DNA of 64,000 nucleotides from a virus. The DNA is taken from IMG/VR virus record IMGVR_UViG_3300045996_000607, positions 22,292 to 86,291 of that record. One strand, 5' to 3'. Below the pieces are notes generated by a model, which saw only the letters and a list, made by a program, of their open reading frames with translations, did no database searches and had not been told where the DNA came from. The position numbers and the translations under genes are program-made. This document shows positions 46,191 through 55,144 of the stretch, piece after piece; the stretch's first letter is position 1, and each line of letters starts with the position of its first letter.

Positions 46191-46634
46191 CTATGCTGCT
46201 TGGTCTTGGGCTTCGCGTGTAAGCGTCGTGACATCGCAACCGATGCGAGCGCTCAGCTTGTCGAAAGCCCATTGGATGAAGTCGGCCCGCTCGTTCTCGG
46301 GCATCGTCTCGAACGAGATGCTGTCGTAATCGTAGTCGATGATCTCGCCGGTCTTCCGGGAGACGATCGGCGTTGCTAGACCGGCCTCGCGCTTGAGCCA
46401 GCGGTGAAGGGCCTTGGTCGACACCTTGCCCTCGAAGGCGTCCGAGAGCTGTTCCACGGCGAGCCGCAGGACCACCCAGTAGAGAGCGAGGCGCCGGGTG
46501 TTTCCCGTGGTGCGCTTGATCTCGATCCGGACCATCATGCCCTTGTTGGCGGCGATGGCTTCCGCTGCGGCGGAGGTGACCGGACGCAGGGCGCCGAGTG
46601 CTTCGCGGCAAAGCAGGGGCTCTTTGTCAGCCAC
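46191..46634 (-). CDS. DUF1367/NinB-like recombination-region protein
   Basis: N..R..LYW, SISF..M...E...F; clusters with the annealase. Confidence 0.6.
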   Translation of the reverse strand: MADKEPLLCREALGALRPVTSAAAEAIAANKGMMVRIEIKRTTGNTRRLALYWVVLRLAVEQLSDAFEGKVSTKALHRWLKREAGLATPIVSRKTGEIIDYDYDSISFETMPENERADFIQWAFDKLSARIGCDVTTLTREAQDQAA

Positions 46635-46974
46635 GCTCGATCTCCTGCGATTTCGCCCACAGCCAGTCCGCGGTGACAAGCAGATCGATGCCGTAGGTTG
46701 CCTTGAACCCGGCATGGCCCAGCGCCTCGACGCTCTCGCGACTTCCGAACTGGATCATGTGGTGTTTCGGACAGAGGGGGGTCACGCGCTCATGGGTGCG
46801 GGTCAGCCGCTGGTAGCCGTCGCTGGTGACGTGATGCACCGTGGACGGCTCACCGCAGACGAGGCAGCCCATAGCGGCCACCCTGTGGAGGTGCCGGCGC
46901 TCGATCGCGGTGGCGGCCTTGCGGGGCTTCACCTTCATCGGTGAGCGCTTGAGAGGCGTGGTGCGCGCGAGCAT
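46627..46974 (-). CDS. Ref/DUF968-like HNH nuclease
   Basis: VAAMGCLVCG...HH...PLCPKHH. Confidence 0.7.
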   Translation of the reverse strand: MLARTTPLKRSPMKVKPRKAATAIERRHLHRVAAMGCLVCGEPSTVHHVTSDGYQRLTRTHERVTPLCPKHHMIQFGSRESVEALGHAGFKATYGIDLLVTADWLWAKSQEIERG

Positions 46975-47631
46975 CTATCCGCTCCCCAGATTGGCGACTT
47001 GCTGAAGACCCAGCTTGCGCGCCTGCCATTCGTCGCCGAGCAGCCCGCCGTATCCACTGGCGTTGGCGGCGGCGGTGTTCGCCTTCGCCCAATCGTTGAG
47101 ATCCTTGACGGTTTGGCATGCCCGGATGCTGTCAATCAGGCGCTCGACTTCCGGAGGTAGAGGCGCCGCGGCCTTTTCCTGCTGGGCGAACTCCTGCTTG
47201 GTTTCAGTGACGTACTTGTCGTCCTCGAACATCCCCATGTGGATGTCACCGCCGACGCCAATGAACTTGAAGGCGTTGTTCACGGCATCGGTGAATGCCT
47301 TCTTGAAAGCCTCATCGTCGCAGAACGAGCCGCTGGAACGCTTCGCCTGAACCTTGTCGCCGCCGACGCCGTAGAGGATGTTCGCCTTGTCGCCGTGCCA
47401 CGCGGACACCGTGCAATAGACGAGGATTTCGCCATCTGCCGGCACGACCTGGAACTGAGGCTCGTTGACGCCCCAGCCGACGCCAGCAGGGCCGAAGCGA
47501 TCCGTGAGCTGACGGATGATCCAGATGGGCTTGATCGCGGTGCCCTTGAAGCCACCTGACCGGTTGAACGGCTTGGTGTGCTTCGGGTCCGTCTTCGAAA
47601 GCGTGTTCCATAGTTCCAGATTGTCGCTCAT
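46975..47631 (-). CDS. Rad52/Sak-like single-strand annealing protein
   Basis: TDP..TK, FGP.G.GWG, DEAFKKAFTDA, IG...DIH.G. Confidence 0.75.
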   Translation of the reverse strand: MSDNLELWNTLSKTDPKHTKPFNRSGGFKGTAIKPIWIIRQLTDRFGPAGVGWGVNEPQFQVVPADGEILVYCTVSAWHGDKANILYGVGGDKVQAKRSSGSFCDDEAFKKAFTDAVNNAFKFIGVGGDIHMGMFEDDKYVTETKQEFAQQEKAAAPLPPEVERLIDSIRACQTVKDLNDWAKANTAAANASGYGGLLGDEWQARKLGLQQVANLGSG

Positions 47632-48332
47632 GCCGCCCTCCGATCTTCGGTGATGGTGAAGCCTGGAATGACGCGGGCGCCGAGCCGCACGTCCTTAGCC
47701 GCCTGCTCAAGCAACCACGCCTTGAGCGCCTCGGGCTGATGCTCGCGGTAGTGGCGGAGCGCGGCGGCGGAGTCGGTTAGCGTCGGCTCCCAATAGGAGC
47801 GCAGTCCTATCGACCGGCCACCGGTAGCGACCAGCGGCTTGGCCTTGTCAGCCTTCGATGCAGCGGTCTCGGCGTCCTTGGCGCGCTTCAGTGCCGCCTC
47901 GGCTTCCTCAGCATCCTCAAGGCGCTCAGAGCCCTGTGCGGCGTCCAGCTTGGCCTGTGCTGCCACTCGCTCTGCTTCGGCGTTGCGCGCGGCTTCCTGT
48001 GCTGCGGCACGCTGATCAGCCTCAAGCTTGAGCTGCCACGCGCCTATCGCATTCTTGGCGATCTTCTCGGCACGCTCGCACTTCTCGATCAGCGGCTTCC
48101 ATGCAGCCTGAACCGCTGCCTTGCCCTCATCGAACGGCTTGGCTTCCACCTTACGCTGGTCGTCGGCACCGGTGCGGGCCTCGCGGAACGCCAGCAGCAG
48201 CTTGCCGAGAGCTTCGGCCTGTCCCTGCGTCTCGATGGGCTTGCCGTCGAGGAAGTCGGCGGCGGTCGCATACAGGTCATCGATATGCATTCCGTGCGCC
48301 TCGACGGGTGGCGGATTGTTGGAGAGCGTCAC
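47628..48332 (-). CDS. Coiled-coil recombination-region protein (homolog of 11-685)
   Basis: Shared termini and central motif with 11-685. Confidence 0.75.
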   Translation of the reverse strand: MTLSNNPPPVEAHGMHIDDLYATAADFLDGKPIETQGQAEALGKLLLAFREARTGADDQRKVEAKPFDEGKAAVQAAWKPLIEKCERAEKIAKNAIGAWQLKLEADQRAAAQEAARNAEAERVAAQAKLDAAQGSERLEDAEEAEAALKRAKDAETAASKADKAKPLVATGGRSIGLRSYWEPTLTDSAAALRHYREHQPEALKAWLLEQAAKDVRLGARVIPGFTITEDRRAA

Positions 48333-48532
48333 GCTGCGATCCTCTCGTTGCGGAGTGCCGCCAGACGGGCGCGCACGGTGTTCAGGGCGGTGGCGATCCC
48401 CGGCAGGCGGGTTGCGCTCGCAGCGGTGCGGCAGCGGTCGTGCAGGTCCAGCAGCGTGGCGTAGCGCCGCGTCAGGTGAAGCTCAGCGGCGGACTTGCCG
48501 GGGCGATCGATGAAGGGGCGGAGCGCGCTCAT
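48329..48532 (-). CDS. Small hypothetical protein
   Basis: Coupled on both sides. Confidence 0.5.
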   Translation of the reverse strand: MSALRPFIDRPGKSAAELHLTRRYATLLDLHDRCRTAASATRLPGIATALNTVRARLAALRNERIAA

Positions 48533-48783
48533 GATGCGGCTCTCGCCTGATCGCGAACGTTATCCTTCAGCGCATTGAAGCGGTCGCGCGCGAGATCGTA
48601 TTCCGGCCCGCCGTGGAGCCCGTGCTCCAACATCGCGCCGAAAGCCTCGTCCATCGCTTCCAGGTGGTCGATGGCGTTAGCGAAGGTCCGCGAGCGCCAC
48701 TGCGAGGGATTGAAGCCCGTCAGGGCCGAGACCGAAGGGCTCGGTTCACGAAAGCCCGTCCCGAAGGGCGCACCATTACCCAC
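48529..48783 (-). CDS. Small hypothetical protein beginning in element E3
   Basis: GGAG RBS with GTG 48783; N-terminus GAP.GTGFREPSP.VSA..GFNPS shared with 39579-40214. Confidence 0.5.
   Translation of the reverse strand: MGNGAPFGTGFREPSPSVSALTGFNPSQWRSRTFANAIDHLEAMDEAFGAMLEHGLHGGPEYDLARDRFNALKDNVRDQARAAS
48702..48774 (+). repeat. Branched-hairpin element E3
   Basis: GCGAGGGATTGAAG-CCC(GTCA)GGG-CCGAGA-CC(GAA)GG-GCTCGGTTCACGAAAGCCCGT-CCC(GAA)GGG-CGCACC. Confidence 0.85.
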
Positions 48784-49168
48784 GGCTCTCCTCCCCTGCC
48801 TGCGAGAGGGGTTGGAGGGCGGCTCGGGCCGCTTTCTCCGCCTCTTCCGCGGCGGCAAACGTCCAGTCCAGACAGCCTTCGCGATCGTCCGCCCGATAGC
48901 TGTCAGCATCGTCAGGGTCGTTGGCAGCACGGATTTGCGCGAGTTGATCGGCGCACAGAGTCAATGCCGCCCGAAGCTCAGCCTGTCCGGCAATGCGGTG
49001 GCGATTGTTCCATGCCTTCTCTGCGCGCGCGACACTGGCAAAAACCGGCGTAGTGCAATCGCATTCGGTGCATACGATGCACTTCCATCCGCGCTGTCCG
49101 GCTTCGAAGCCAAGCTCTCCACGGCCTCCACAAAACGGGCACGGCAGCAGCTCGGTTGAACCACCCAT
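48776..49168 (-). CDS. Lar-like restriction alleviation protein
   Basis: ELLPCPFCGG...C.EC....P...A..AWN.R. Confidence 0.75.
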   Translation of the reverse strand: MGGSTELLPCPFCGGRGELGFEAGQRGWKCIVCTECDCTTPVFASVARAEKAWNNRHRIAGQAELRAALTLCADQLAQIRAANDPDDADSYRADDREGCLDWTFAAAEEAEKAARAALQPLSQAGEESRG

Positions 49169-49169
49169 C

Positions 49170-49421
49170 TCAAATACCTCCATTAGCCTGCGACCCGAAG
49201 GTGCGGCCTTGCTGTGCGGGGCGCTGGGCGTAAGACGTTGCTGCGCGGCTCTCAGGGAACAGCGACGACAACCGGTTTTGAATGACGTGGCCCGCTTCGC
49301 GCAGGCTAATTCCGGATTGCTCGCGGATAAGTTTTGCTGCGCCGATCCAATCCAGATCACTCGCCAGCTCCAGAAGTGCCGGCCAATCGTCGTGTTCGAA
49401 CTTCATCTCGTGAAATCCCAT
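49170..49421 (-). CDS. Small hypothetical protein
   Basis: I.A.KLIRE.SG.SLREA (L7/L12 C-terminal-like pattern). Confidence 0.5.
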   Translation of the reverse strand: MGFHEMKFEHDDWPALLELASDLDWIGAAKLIREQSGISLREAGHVIQNRLSSLFPESRAATSYAQRPAQQGRTFGSQANGGI

Positions 49422-49581
49422 GTCGTCACCCGCCGCTCATCACGATCCTCGCCTTCGGGATCGGGGAACGGGGTGAATTTGCTGGCGCGTCTGGCCTGCT
49501 CGGCACGAAGGCGCGCGACGATCCGCTCGAAGCTCTCAAGGCGATCGAGGCCCGTTGCCGCGATCGGGTTGGTGCGGGCGT

Positions 49582-49887
49582 TCACTTGCCGAGAGCCTTG
49601 CGGACGAGGCCCTGCGCAGTCGCACAACCGTTGGAAGCGCTGCTCTCGATGTATTCGAACATCTCGGGAGCGAGGGCGATCAGGCGGGCGTTAGCTTCAA
49701 GCTCTGCGAGCGGCCAATCAAGGATCACCTCCAAACCGAATATAGGCTGTGGCGTCGGGCTTGTGCTGATGTAACCGAGCGGAAAATCAATGCCGTCAGT
49801 CCCATCGAAGTCGCTGCCGAACATCGCGTGCGGTTCAAACTGCCAAGGCCCCGGCGTCCAACCGCCCTCGATCTCTCCCCCGCTCAT
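49582..49887 (-). CDS. Early protein, TPGPW...ANARLIA.AP family
   Basis: Classic phage early-gene motif. Confidence 0.75.
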   Translation of the reverse strand: MSGGEIEGGWTPGPWQFEPHAMFGSDFDGTDGIDFPLGYISTSPTPQPIFGLEVILDWPLAELEANARLIALAPEMFEYIESSASNGCATAQGLVRKALGK

Positions 49888-50234
49888 GACGATTTGCCTG
49901 CGCGGGAGAGGGCGCTTATGTACTCAGCGGTGCGCCGATAGGAGCTGGCAATGTGGTGCCCCATGTCGGTGCGATCCCATTGCGCAGCGGCACTCTCACA
50001 AAGCCTAGCCGCCTGCTCGACAATCTCAGCCTGCGCCGCGATACGGTGCGAGACGAAGGCTTGGACCAGCGAATGATTGTCCGCTGCGCCTTGCCGCATC
50101 TCAAAGCTGAATGTGGCATCGTCAGTCGGGTACTTTGCCGTATAATTCGCAGCCGCATCACGATCCACCTGCTCCACTTGCAGCACATCCGCCACCTCCA
50201 GCCCCGCTGAGCCGGCAGTGTCCGGGGGGGTCAA
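49884..50234 (-). CDS. Early hypothetical protein (DR..A/VQAF..HR domain)
   Basis: Shared domain; coupled. Confidence 0.6.
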   Translation of the reverse strand: MTPPDTAGSAGLEVADVLQVEQVDRDAAANYTAKYPTDDATFSFEMRQGAADNHSLVQAFVSHRIAAQAEIVEQAARLCESAAAQWDRTDMGHHIASSYRRTAEYISALSRAGKSS

Positions 50235-50431
50235 GATTGCACCTGTGCGGCCAGAATCTCACGGGCTTGGTAAGCGGCAATGCTGGCGCGATAGTGCGCA
50301 GCGGCCTCAAGCGGCGTCAGCGTCTTCGTAACTCGGTCGGCCCCGGTCGGCTTGCCATCCGCGCCGAAATCTCGCTCGCTGAACGTTTCGCCGTCGAAGT
50401 AGCGGACGGTGGTTGGTTGGGCGACCATCAC
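50231..50431 (-). CDS. Small hypothetical protein
   Basis: Coupled. Confidence 0.5.
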   Translation of the reverse strand: MMVAQPTTVRYFDGETFSERDFGADGKPTGADRVTKTLTPLEAAAHYRASIAAYQAREILAAQVQS

Positions 50432-50592
50432 GCAGCCACCAGATCGGCGGCGCTGTAAAACGAGCCAGTGTAGCCGCGAACCGCGCAGAGCAGGTAATGC
50501 AGCCCGCCTTCGATCCGACCGACAGTCAGGACACGATGCGGCGCCAGCTTGATCCGGACTTCGTCGCCGATCTGGAAAGTCTGGGTAGCCAC
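50428..50592 (-). CDS. First pL gene, small SH3/DUF2158-like protein
   Basis: FQIGDEVRIK; GGAG RBS; not in the ORF track. Confidence 0.5.
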   Translation of the reverse strand: MATQTFQIGDEVRIKLAPHRVLTVGRIEGGLHYLLCAVRGYTGSFYSAADLVAA

Positions 50593-50628
50593 GTTCTCAT
50601 CTCCAGCGCCGGTATGGCGTGGAGATCA

Positions 50629-50673
50629 TGTACCGCTTATCGGTACATCAGGTCAATACCGAAAATCGGTACA
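50629..50673. promoter_or_regulatory. Phage B left operators
   Basis: TGTACCGCTTATCGGTACA (50629-50647) and AATACCGAAAATCGGTACA (50655-50673). Confidence 0.8.
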
Positions 50674-50681
50674 CGCGAAAT

Positions 50682-51263
50682 TTATACGCGAGACCCCTTC
50701 CAGACCACCCTTCCAAGGATGATCGGATCGCAGTCGCTGGCGAGAAAGCCAACGTTATCAGGGTTGGCAGAGACTGGCTCGAAGCGTGCCGGCGACTTCT
50801 GGTAGCGCTTCACGGTCACCTCGTGGTCGCCGTTCTGCAGGAGATAGCTTTTACCCGGGCGCAGCTCCTTGTCGTCAGGGTCGACAACAACCCAGCCGCC
50901 ATCCTCTATCAGCAGGTCCATGCTGTCACCCTTCACCTCGACGGCGAAACTGCGGGGGCCAGCAACGCTAGAGGGAACCATCATCTTTCCGATGGGCATC
51001 TCAACAGCTTCGCGCCAATACCCAGCCGATGTCAAGCCGATGACGGGTACTGTTCGCACAGTATCATGCTCTATAGGTATTAACCCTAGGTACTCATAGA
51101 TGCGCGCCGCCTCATCAATTTGAACGCGCCTCTCACCCTTGAATATCTTGTTCGCCGCTGAACGGTGAGGAAGCCCGACAGCGTTGGCAAAGTGCTCAAC
51201 GGAGATGCCGCGCTCCTTAAGCGTGCGCCGCACCAGCTCGGGATCAAATCGGGTCTCGCTCAT
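50682..51263 (-). CDS. CI-like repressor (HTH + S24), phage B
   Basis: HTH, TSAG, GDSM, TVKR; start trimmed to ATG 51263. Confidence 0.9.
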   Translation of the reverse strand: MSETRFDPELVRRTLKERGISVEHFANAVGLPHRSAANKIFKGERRVQIDEAARIYEYLGLIPIEHDTVRTVPVIGLTSAGYWREAVEMPIGKMMVPSSVAGPRSFAVEVKGDSMDLLIEDGGWVVVDPDDKELRPGKSYLLQNGDHEVTVKRYQKSPARFEPVSANPDNVGFLASDCDPIILGRVVWKGSRV

Positions 51264-51296
51264 GGACCGATTATGCCGCACCGCATCAAACGGCGC

Positions 51297-51349
51297 CCCT
51301 ACTAAGATCGGTACAGACCCACTTGCGTTATGTACCGATAGTCGGTACA
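51297..51349. promoter_or_regulatory. Phage B right operators
   Basis: TGTACCGATAGTCGGTACA (51331-51349) and a half-conserved site ending TCGGTACA at 51315. Confidence 0.75.
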
Positions 51350-51359
51350 CGTCGTCCTC

Positions 51360-51599
51360 ATGAGCGTAGTCCATGATATCATCGACGCCTTCGGCAACCA
51401 AGTCGCGATGGCAAATGCCACCGGCATTTCGCAGCAGACGATCAGCGAATGGGCTAACCGCGAGCCGCCCGAGATTCCCCCATGGCGCCGCTCGACCATC
51501 GCAACGGTCGCGAATGCCAAGCGGATCGTGCTCTCGCCCGAGGTGCTGGCCTACCTGCATTCTACCGAACGCACCAAGCGCGCGAAGCAGGCAGCCTGA
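51360..51599 (+). CDS. Cro-like HTH protein, phage B
   Basis: IIDAFGNQ..MANATGISQQTISEW...IP. Confidence 0.85.
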   Translation: MSVVHDIIDAFGNQVAMANATGISQQTISEWANREPPEIPPWRRSTIATVANAKRIVLSPEVLAYLHSTERTKRAKQAA

Positions 51600-51811
51600 T
51601 GCTCCCCATCACCCCCCAAGACCGCGCCGAGTGGATTGAACACGCCCACGCCCGGGACATGGACCAGACGCAGGTACGTCACCGCCGCACCATTGCCGGC
51701 CGGATAGTACTGGCTGCTGCGCTGGCGCTGTTTTGCGCAGCTGTGATCGGGGTCTCCGTTGCAGCCGTCGAGATCGCTTCCGACTGGCTGCACAGCGGGA
51801 GGCCGATGTGA
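51599..51811 (+). CDS. Small membrane protein (homolog of 6296-6451)
   Basis: TGATG coupling; TM followed by VEIASDW. Confidence 0.6.
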   Translation: MLPITPQDRAEWIEHAHARDMDQTQVRHRRTIAGRIVLAAALALFCAAVIGVSVAAVEIASDWLHSGRPM

Positions 51812-51956
51812 TCCTCTGGGCCGCAATCTCCAGCGCCTTCCAGCGCTTCGCGCCCCTTCCCCGCCAGCAATCCAACAACCGCCTCCACACGGGCGGCGAT
51901 CTCATCGGGGCTGATCAGGGCGGCGGGTTCATTCATCTTGATCGGGAGCACTACTG

Positions 51957-52427
51957 ATGTCCGACCAGACAATCGTCCGGCGCTATCGCGTTCCTTCCGC
52001 TTCAAGTCTGCTCGATGCGCTTGCCGACAACCTCACCGCCATCAAGGATGAGGACGGCCACACGGACGCAGAAATCGGCGCCATCCTGCACAAGGGCGAG
52101 GATCAGGCCCGCAAGTATCGCGCCGGCATAGCGGAGATGGGCGTCGTCGCATTCCTCCGCGGCTGCGCGACTTGGAACGGGCGGTTCGCCAACGATGCGC
52201 TGGCGCTGATCGGCATGAAGCTGACCCCGCTGGCGGCTCGCCCGCAATCCGATCGCAAATTTGGCGTGATCCTGTCCCGCCTGAAGCTGGCGGTCGATGA
52301 GGCGCTCGAGAACGACGATCAGATCGATGACGCCGAGCTGGACGCTATGCGCTCGCTTCTGGATGAGGCTGGGCAGGCGATAGACGCGCGCCGGGTTGCT
52401 CCGACGCTGAAGGCAGTGCGGTCGTGA
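51957..52427 (+). CDS. CII-like regulator, phage B
   Basis: Position after L0; HTH-like segment; ALEND.QIDDAE C-terminus. Confidence 0.55.
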   Translation: MSDQTIVRRYRVPSASSLLDALADNLTAIKDEDGHTDAEIGAILHKGEDQARKYRAGIAEMGVVAFLRGCATWNGRFANDALALIGMKLTPLAARPQSDRKFGVILSRLKLAVDEALENDDQIDDAELDAMRSLLDEAGQAIDARRVAPTLKAVRS

Positions 52428-52727
52428 GCGAGCCCCTCCTTCGCAACGATCCGGCGTTCCTCGCATGGTACGCACAGGTGCTCGAGCACGAAGCGTCCGT
52501 TCGCCCTGGGCAGAACGTCGCATGGATGCAAGCCGGCGCTGAACGTGCCCGCAAAGTAGCGGGTCGCAAGCCCGAAGCAGGCGAGGCAGCAGCATGAGCC
52601 CCGTCGCAGCACCCGGCATCTACGCGCGCACGGCGGAGGGGAAGATCCTCTTCGCCATGCCGCTCAAGCCCGTTCCCGCTCCCGGCTGCACCCACTGGAA
52701 CACCTGCATCGCACAACGGAGGAAGGG

Positions 52728-53012
52728 ATGATCCACGTCGCCGAAATCCAGCACGCCGTTGCCAAGCACTACGGCCTGACCATGGCCGACCTGCGCGGGC
52801 CGGGCAGGAAGCGGGTGTTCATCGCCCCGCGGCATGTCGCCATGTACCTCGCCCGCCGGATGACGCCACAGAGCTTCCGGCAGATTGGCAACCGCTTCGG
52901 CGGGCGCGACCACACGACGATCCATTCCGCCTGCCAGAAGATCAAACGCCTCCGCGCGACCGATCCGCAGCTCAGCGAGGACATCAGCGCCATCGTGAGT
53001 ATGATCCCATGA
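52728..53012 (+). CDS. Stand-alone DnaA C-terminal (domain IV) HTH protein
   Basis: IQ.AVA.HYG....L....R......RHVAMYLARRMT..S...IG..FGGRDHTTI. Confidence 0.9.
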   Translation: MIHVAEIQHAVAKHYGLTMADLRGPGRKRVFIAPRHVAMYLARRMTPQSFRQIGNRFGGRDHTTIHSACQKIKRLRATDPQLSEDISAIVSMIP

Positions 53013-53149
53013 CGCCGCTCGAGCTGACCATCGACATGGCCGCTGCGTACATCGACGCGCGCCTTGCCGCCCGCAAGATGCTCCGAGATGTCCGTCAAGA
53101 CGCGGCAAGGAAAGGCGCCGAAACGAAGCGGAGGGCACGCCCATGCTGA
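53009..53149 (+). CDS. Small conserved protein (homolog of 9318-9452)
   Basis: AAAYIDARLAARK. Confidence 0.65.
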   Translation: MTPLELTIDMAAAYIDARLAARKMLRDVRQDAARKGAETKRRARPC

Positions 53150-53490
53150 ACCGCACTCGCGCGCTTGGCCGGCTCAAGGTGGGCACCAAGAACAAGACCG
53201 AACTTGCCTACGAGGATCAGGTTCTGAAGCCTGAAATGCAGGCCGGTTTCGTGTCGTGGTATCGCTTCGAGGGCCTGAAGCTGCGCCTCGCTGACAACAC
53301 GTTCTACACTCCTGACTATGCCGTCATGCTGGTGAATGGTTTGATCCAGTGCCGCGAGGTCAAGGGCTTTTGGACCGACGACGCCCGAGTGAAGATCAAG
53401 GTCGCAGCGGACCAATACCCCTTCGAGTTCATCGCAGTCAGCCAGCTTCGCAAGAAGGATGGCGGCGGCTGGAAGGAGGAGCGGTTTTGA
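53143..53490 (+). CDS. PD-(D/E)XK endonuclease (DUF1064-like), in the RusA slot
   Basis: NKTE..Y, FYTPDY, EVKG, ARVKIK. Confidence 0.75.
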   Translation: MLNRTRALGRLKVGTKNKTELAYEDQVLKPEMQAGFVSWYRFEGLKLRLADNTFYTPDYAVMLVNGLIQCREVKGFWTDDARVKIKVAADQYPFEFIAVSQLRKKDGGGWKEERF

Positions 53491-53567
53491 CCAGTTCTCC
53501 ACATGCTCAAACTCGACTTGTCGCATCGGTCTATCGCGGTTTCGCAAACGCGGGGATGAAATAACCC

Positions 53568-53759
53568 ATGGAGCACACCCGCATTTCTTCGCTTCCGACG
53601 CGTCTCAATGCAGAGGCCGCATGGGAAGAGTATCACGCGCTTGCGATGGCGGCGGATGCTGATCGGCGTCTATGGACCGATCGGGAGCACTGCGAGGCGA
53701 TGGCCCGTGCTCATGCCCGGTGGCAGAGCCTGTTCCTTGCCATGGATGCTGCGGCATGA
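53568..53759 (+). CDS. Small hypothetical protein
   Basis: ATGA-coupled to dnaB. Confidence 0.55.
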   Translation: MEHTRISSLPTRLNAEAAWEEYHALAMAADADRRLWTDREHCEAMARAHARWQSLFLAMDAAA

Positions 53760-55144
53760 CGGCGCTGGCGTTCCCGGCCAGCCAAGGTCTCACCAACACC
53801 GATAGCGAGTTCGCCCTGCTCTCGGCGATCCTCTACGAGAGCAAGCGGGTGGAGACGGTGGTCGATACCCTCCGAGAAGAGCATTTCTCTGAACCGTTTT
53901 TCGGCCGCGTCTACGGCGTTGTTGCCCGCGAGTTCAGCAAGGGCAACCCGCTCAATCCGTTGACGCTGCGCCCGTTCATCGAGGCAGACGAATCCTACCA
54001 GATGCATGGGGCGATGCAGTTCATCGCCAACCTGACGAACTCCAATTCGCTGCTGGTCAACACCAAGGCGACGGCAGCCCAGATCAAGGAACTGGCACGA
54101 CGCCGGGAGCTGATCGCCGGGATGCGCGAAGCCCTCCACATGGCGGGCGATGTCAACGAGACGATCGAAAGCGTGGTCGATGCCGCAGAGGCAGCGATCG
54201 TGGACGCCGCGGACAAGTCGGACACAATCCGCCAGCCCAGCGCCGCGCAGGCCATGAGTTCGCTCCTGAAGGCAGCGGAGAGCCCCAAGCGCTCGATCAG
54301 GTCGACTATCATCCCGAGCATGGATGACCTGCTCGGCGGTATGCGGCCCAAGCAGCTGATCATCGGCGGCGGACGCCCCGGGATGGGCAAGACAGCCGCC
54401 GCCCTCTCGTACAGCCTAGGGGCGGCTCAGGCAGGCCATGGCGTGCTCTACGTCTCGCTGGAGATGGGCGCAGAGGAGCTTGCTGCGCGAATGGCAGCGG
54501 ATCTGGCGTTCAACGGCAATACCGGCGTGCTCTACGCCGACATCAACAGCGACAACCCCACGCGCCGCGCGCTCCAGGCTATGTACGACGCGCAGAAGAT
54601 GCTGGAGGATATGCCCTTCCACATCATCGACGCTGGCGGATTGACCCTCGCCCAGCTCGAGCTTCGGGTGCGCAGGTTCAAGCGCCGTTTCGCAGCGAAG
54701 GGCGTTACTCTGGATCTGGTGGTCGTGGACTACCTCCAGCTGCTCCGCACCGATGACAAGCGCCAGTCCGCATATGAGGCTGTCTCGGAGATCAGTCGGC
54801 GCCTGAAGGGGATCGCCAAGGACTATGATGTCGCGGTGTTCGCACTCGCCCAGCTGAGCCGCGGTGTTGAGAGCCGCAGCGACAAGCGCCCCCAGCTTTC
54901 GGACCTGCGGGACAGCGGTCAGATTGAGCAGGACGCGGACGCCGTGCTCTTCTTCTACCGGCACGCCTATTACCTCCGGCAGGCGCTCCCGTCGAACGAG
55001 AATGACCCGATGTACGCCGCCACCATGGCGGAGATCGAGAACGTCGAGGATGCGATCGAGTTCGTCTGCGCGAAGCGCCGCAACGGGGTCACAGGCGCCT
55101 CTGTGGGCGAGTTCCACGGGAAGTATCAGGCGGTGCGTGGGTGA
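53756..55144 (+). CDS. dnaB: DnaB-family replicative helicase
   Basis: GGRPGMGKT, SLEM, VDYLQL, QLSR, DLRDSGQIEQDAD, KRRNG. Confidence 0.95.
   Translation: MTALAFPASQGLTNTDSEFALLSAILYESKRVETVVDTLREEHFSEPFFGRVYGVVAREFSKGNPLNPLTLRPFIEADESYQMHGAMQFIANLTNSNSLLVNTKATAAQIKELARRRELIAGMREALHMAGDVNETIESVVDAAEAAIVDAADKSDTIRQPSAAQAMSSLLKAAESPKRSIRSTIIPSMDDLLGGMRPKQLIIGGGRPGMGKTAAALSYSLGAAQAGHGVLYVSLEMGAEELAARMAADLAFNGNTGVLYADINSDNPTRRALQAMYDAQKMLEDMPFHIIDAGGLTLAQLELRVRRFKRRFAAKGVTLDLVVVDYLQLLRTDDKRQSAYEAVSEISRRLKGIAKDYDVAVFALAQLSRGVESRSDKRPQLSDLRDSGQIEQDADAVLFFYRHAYYLRQALPSNENDPMYAATMAEIENVEDAIEFVCAKRRNGVTGASVGEFHGKYQAVRG

Noticed and set aside
49182-49310. 11-bp inverted repeat ATTAGCCTGCG/CGCAGGCTAAT
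   Set aside because: Single occurrence inside an ORF; a few such pairs are expected by chance in 64 kb
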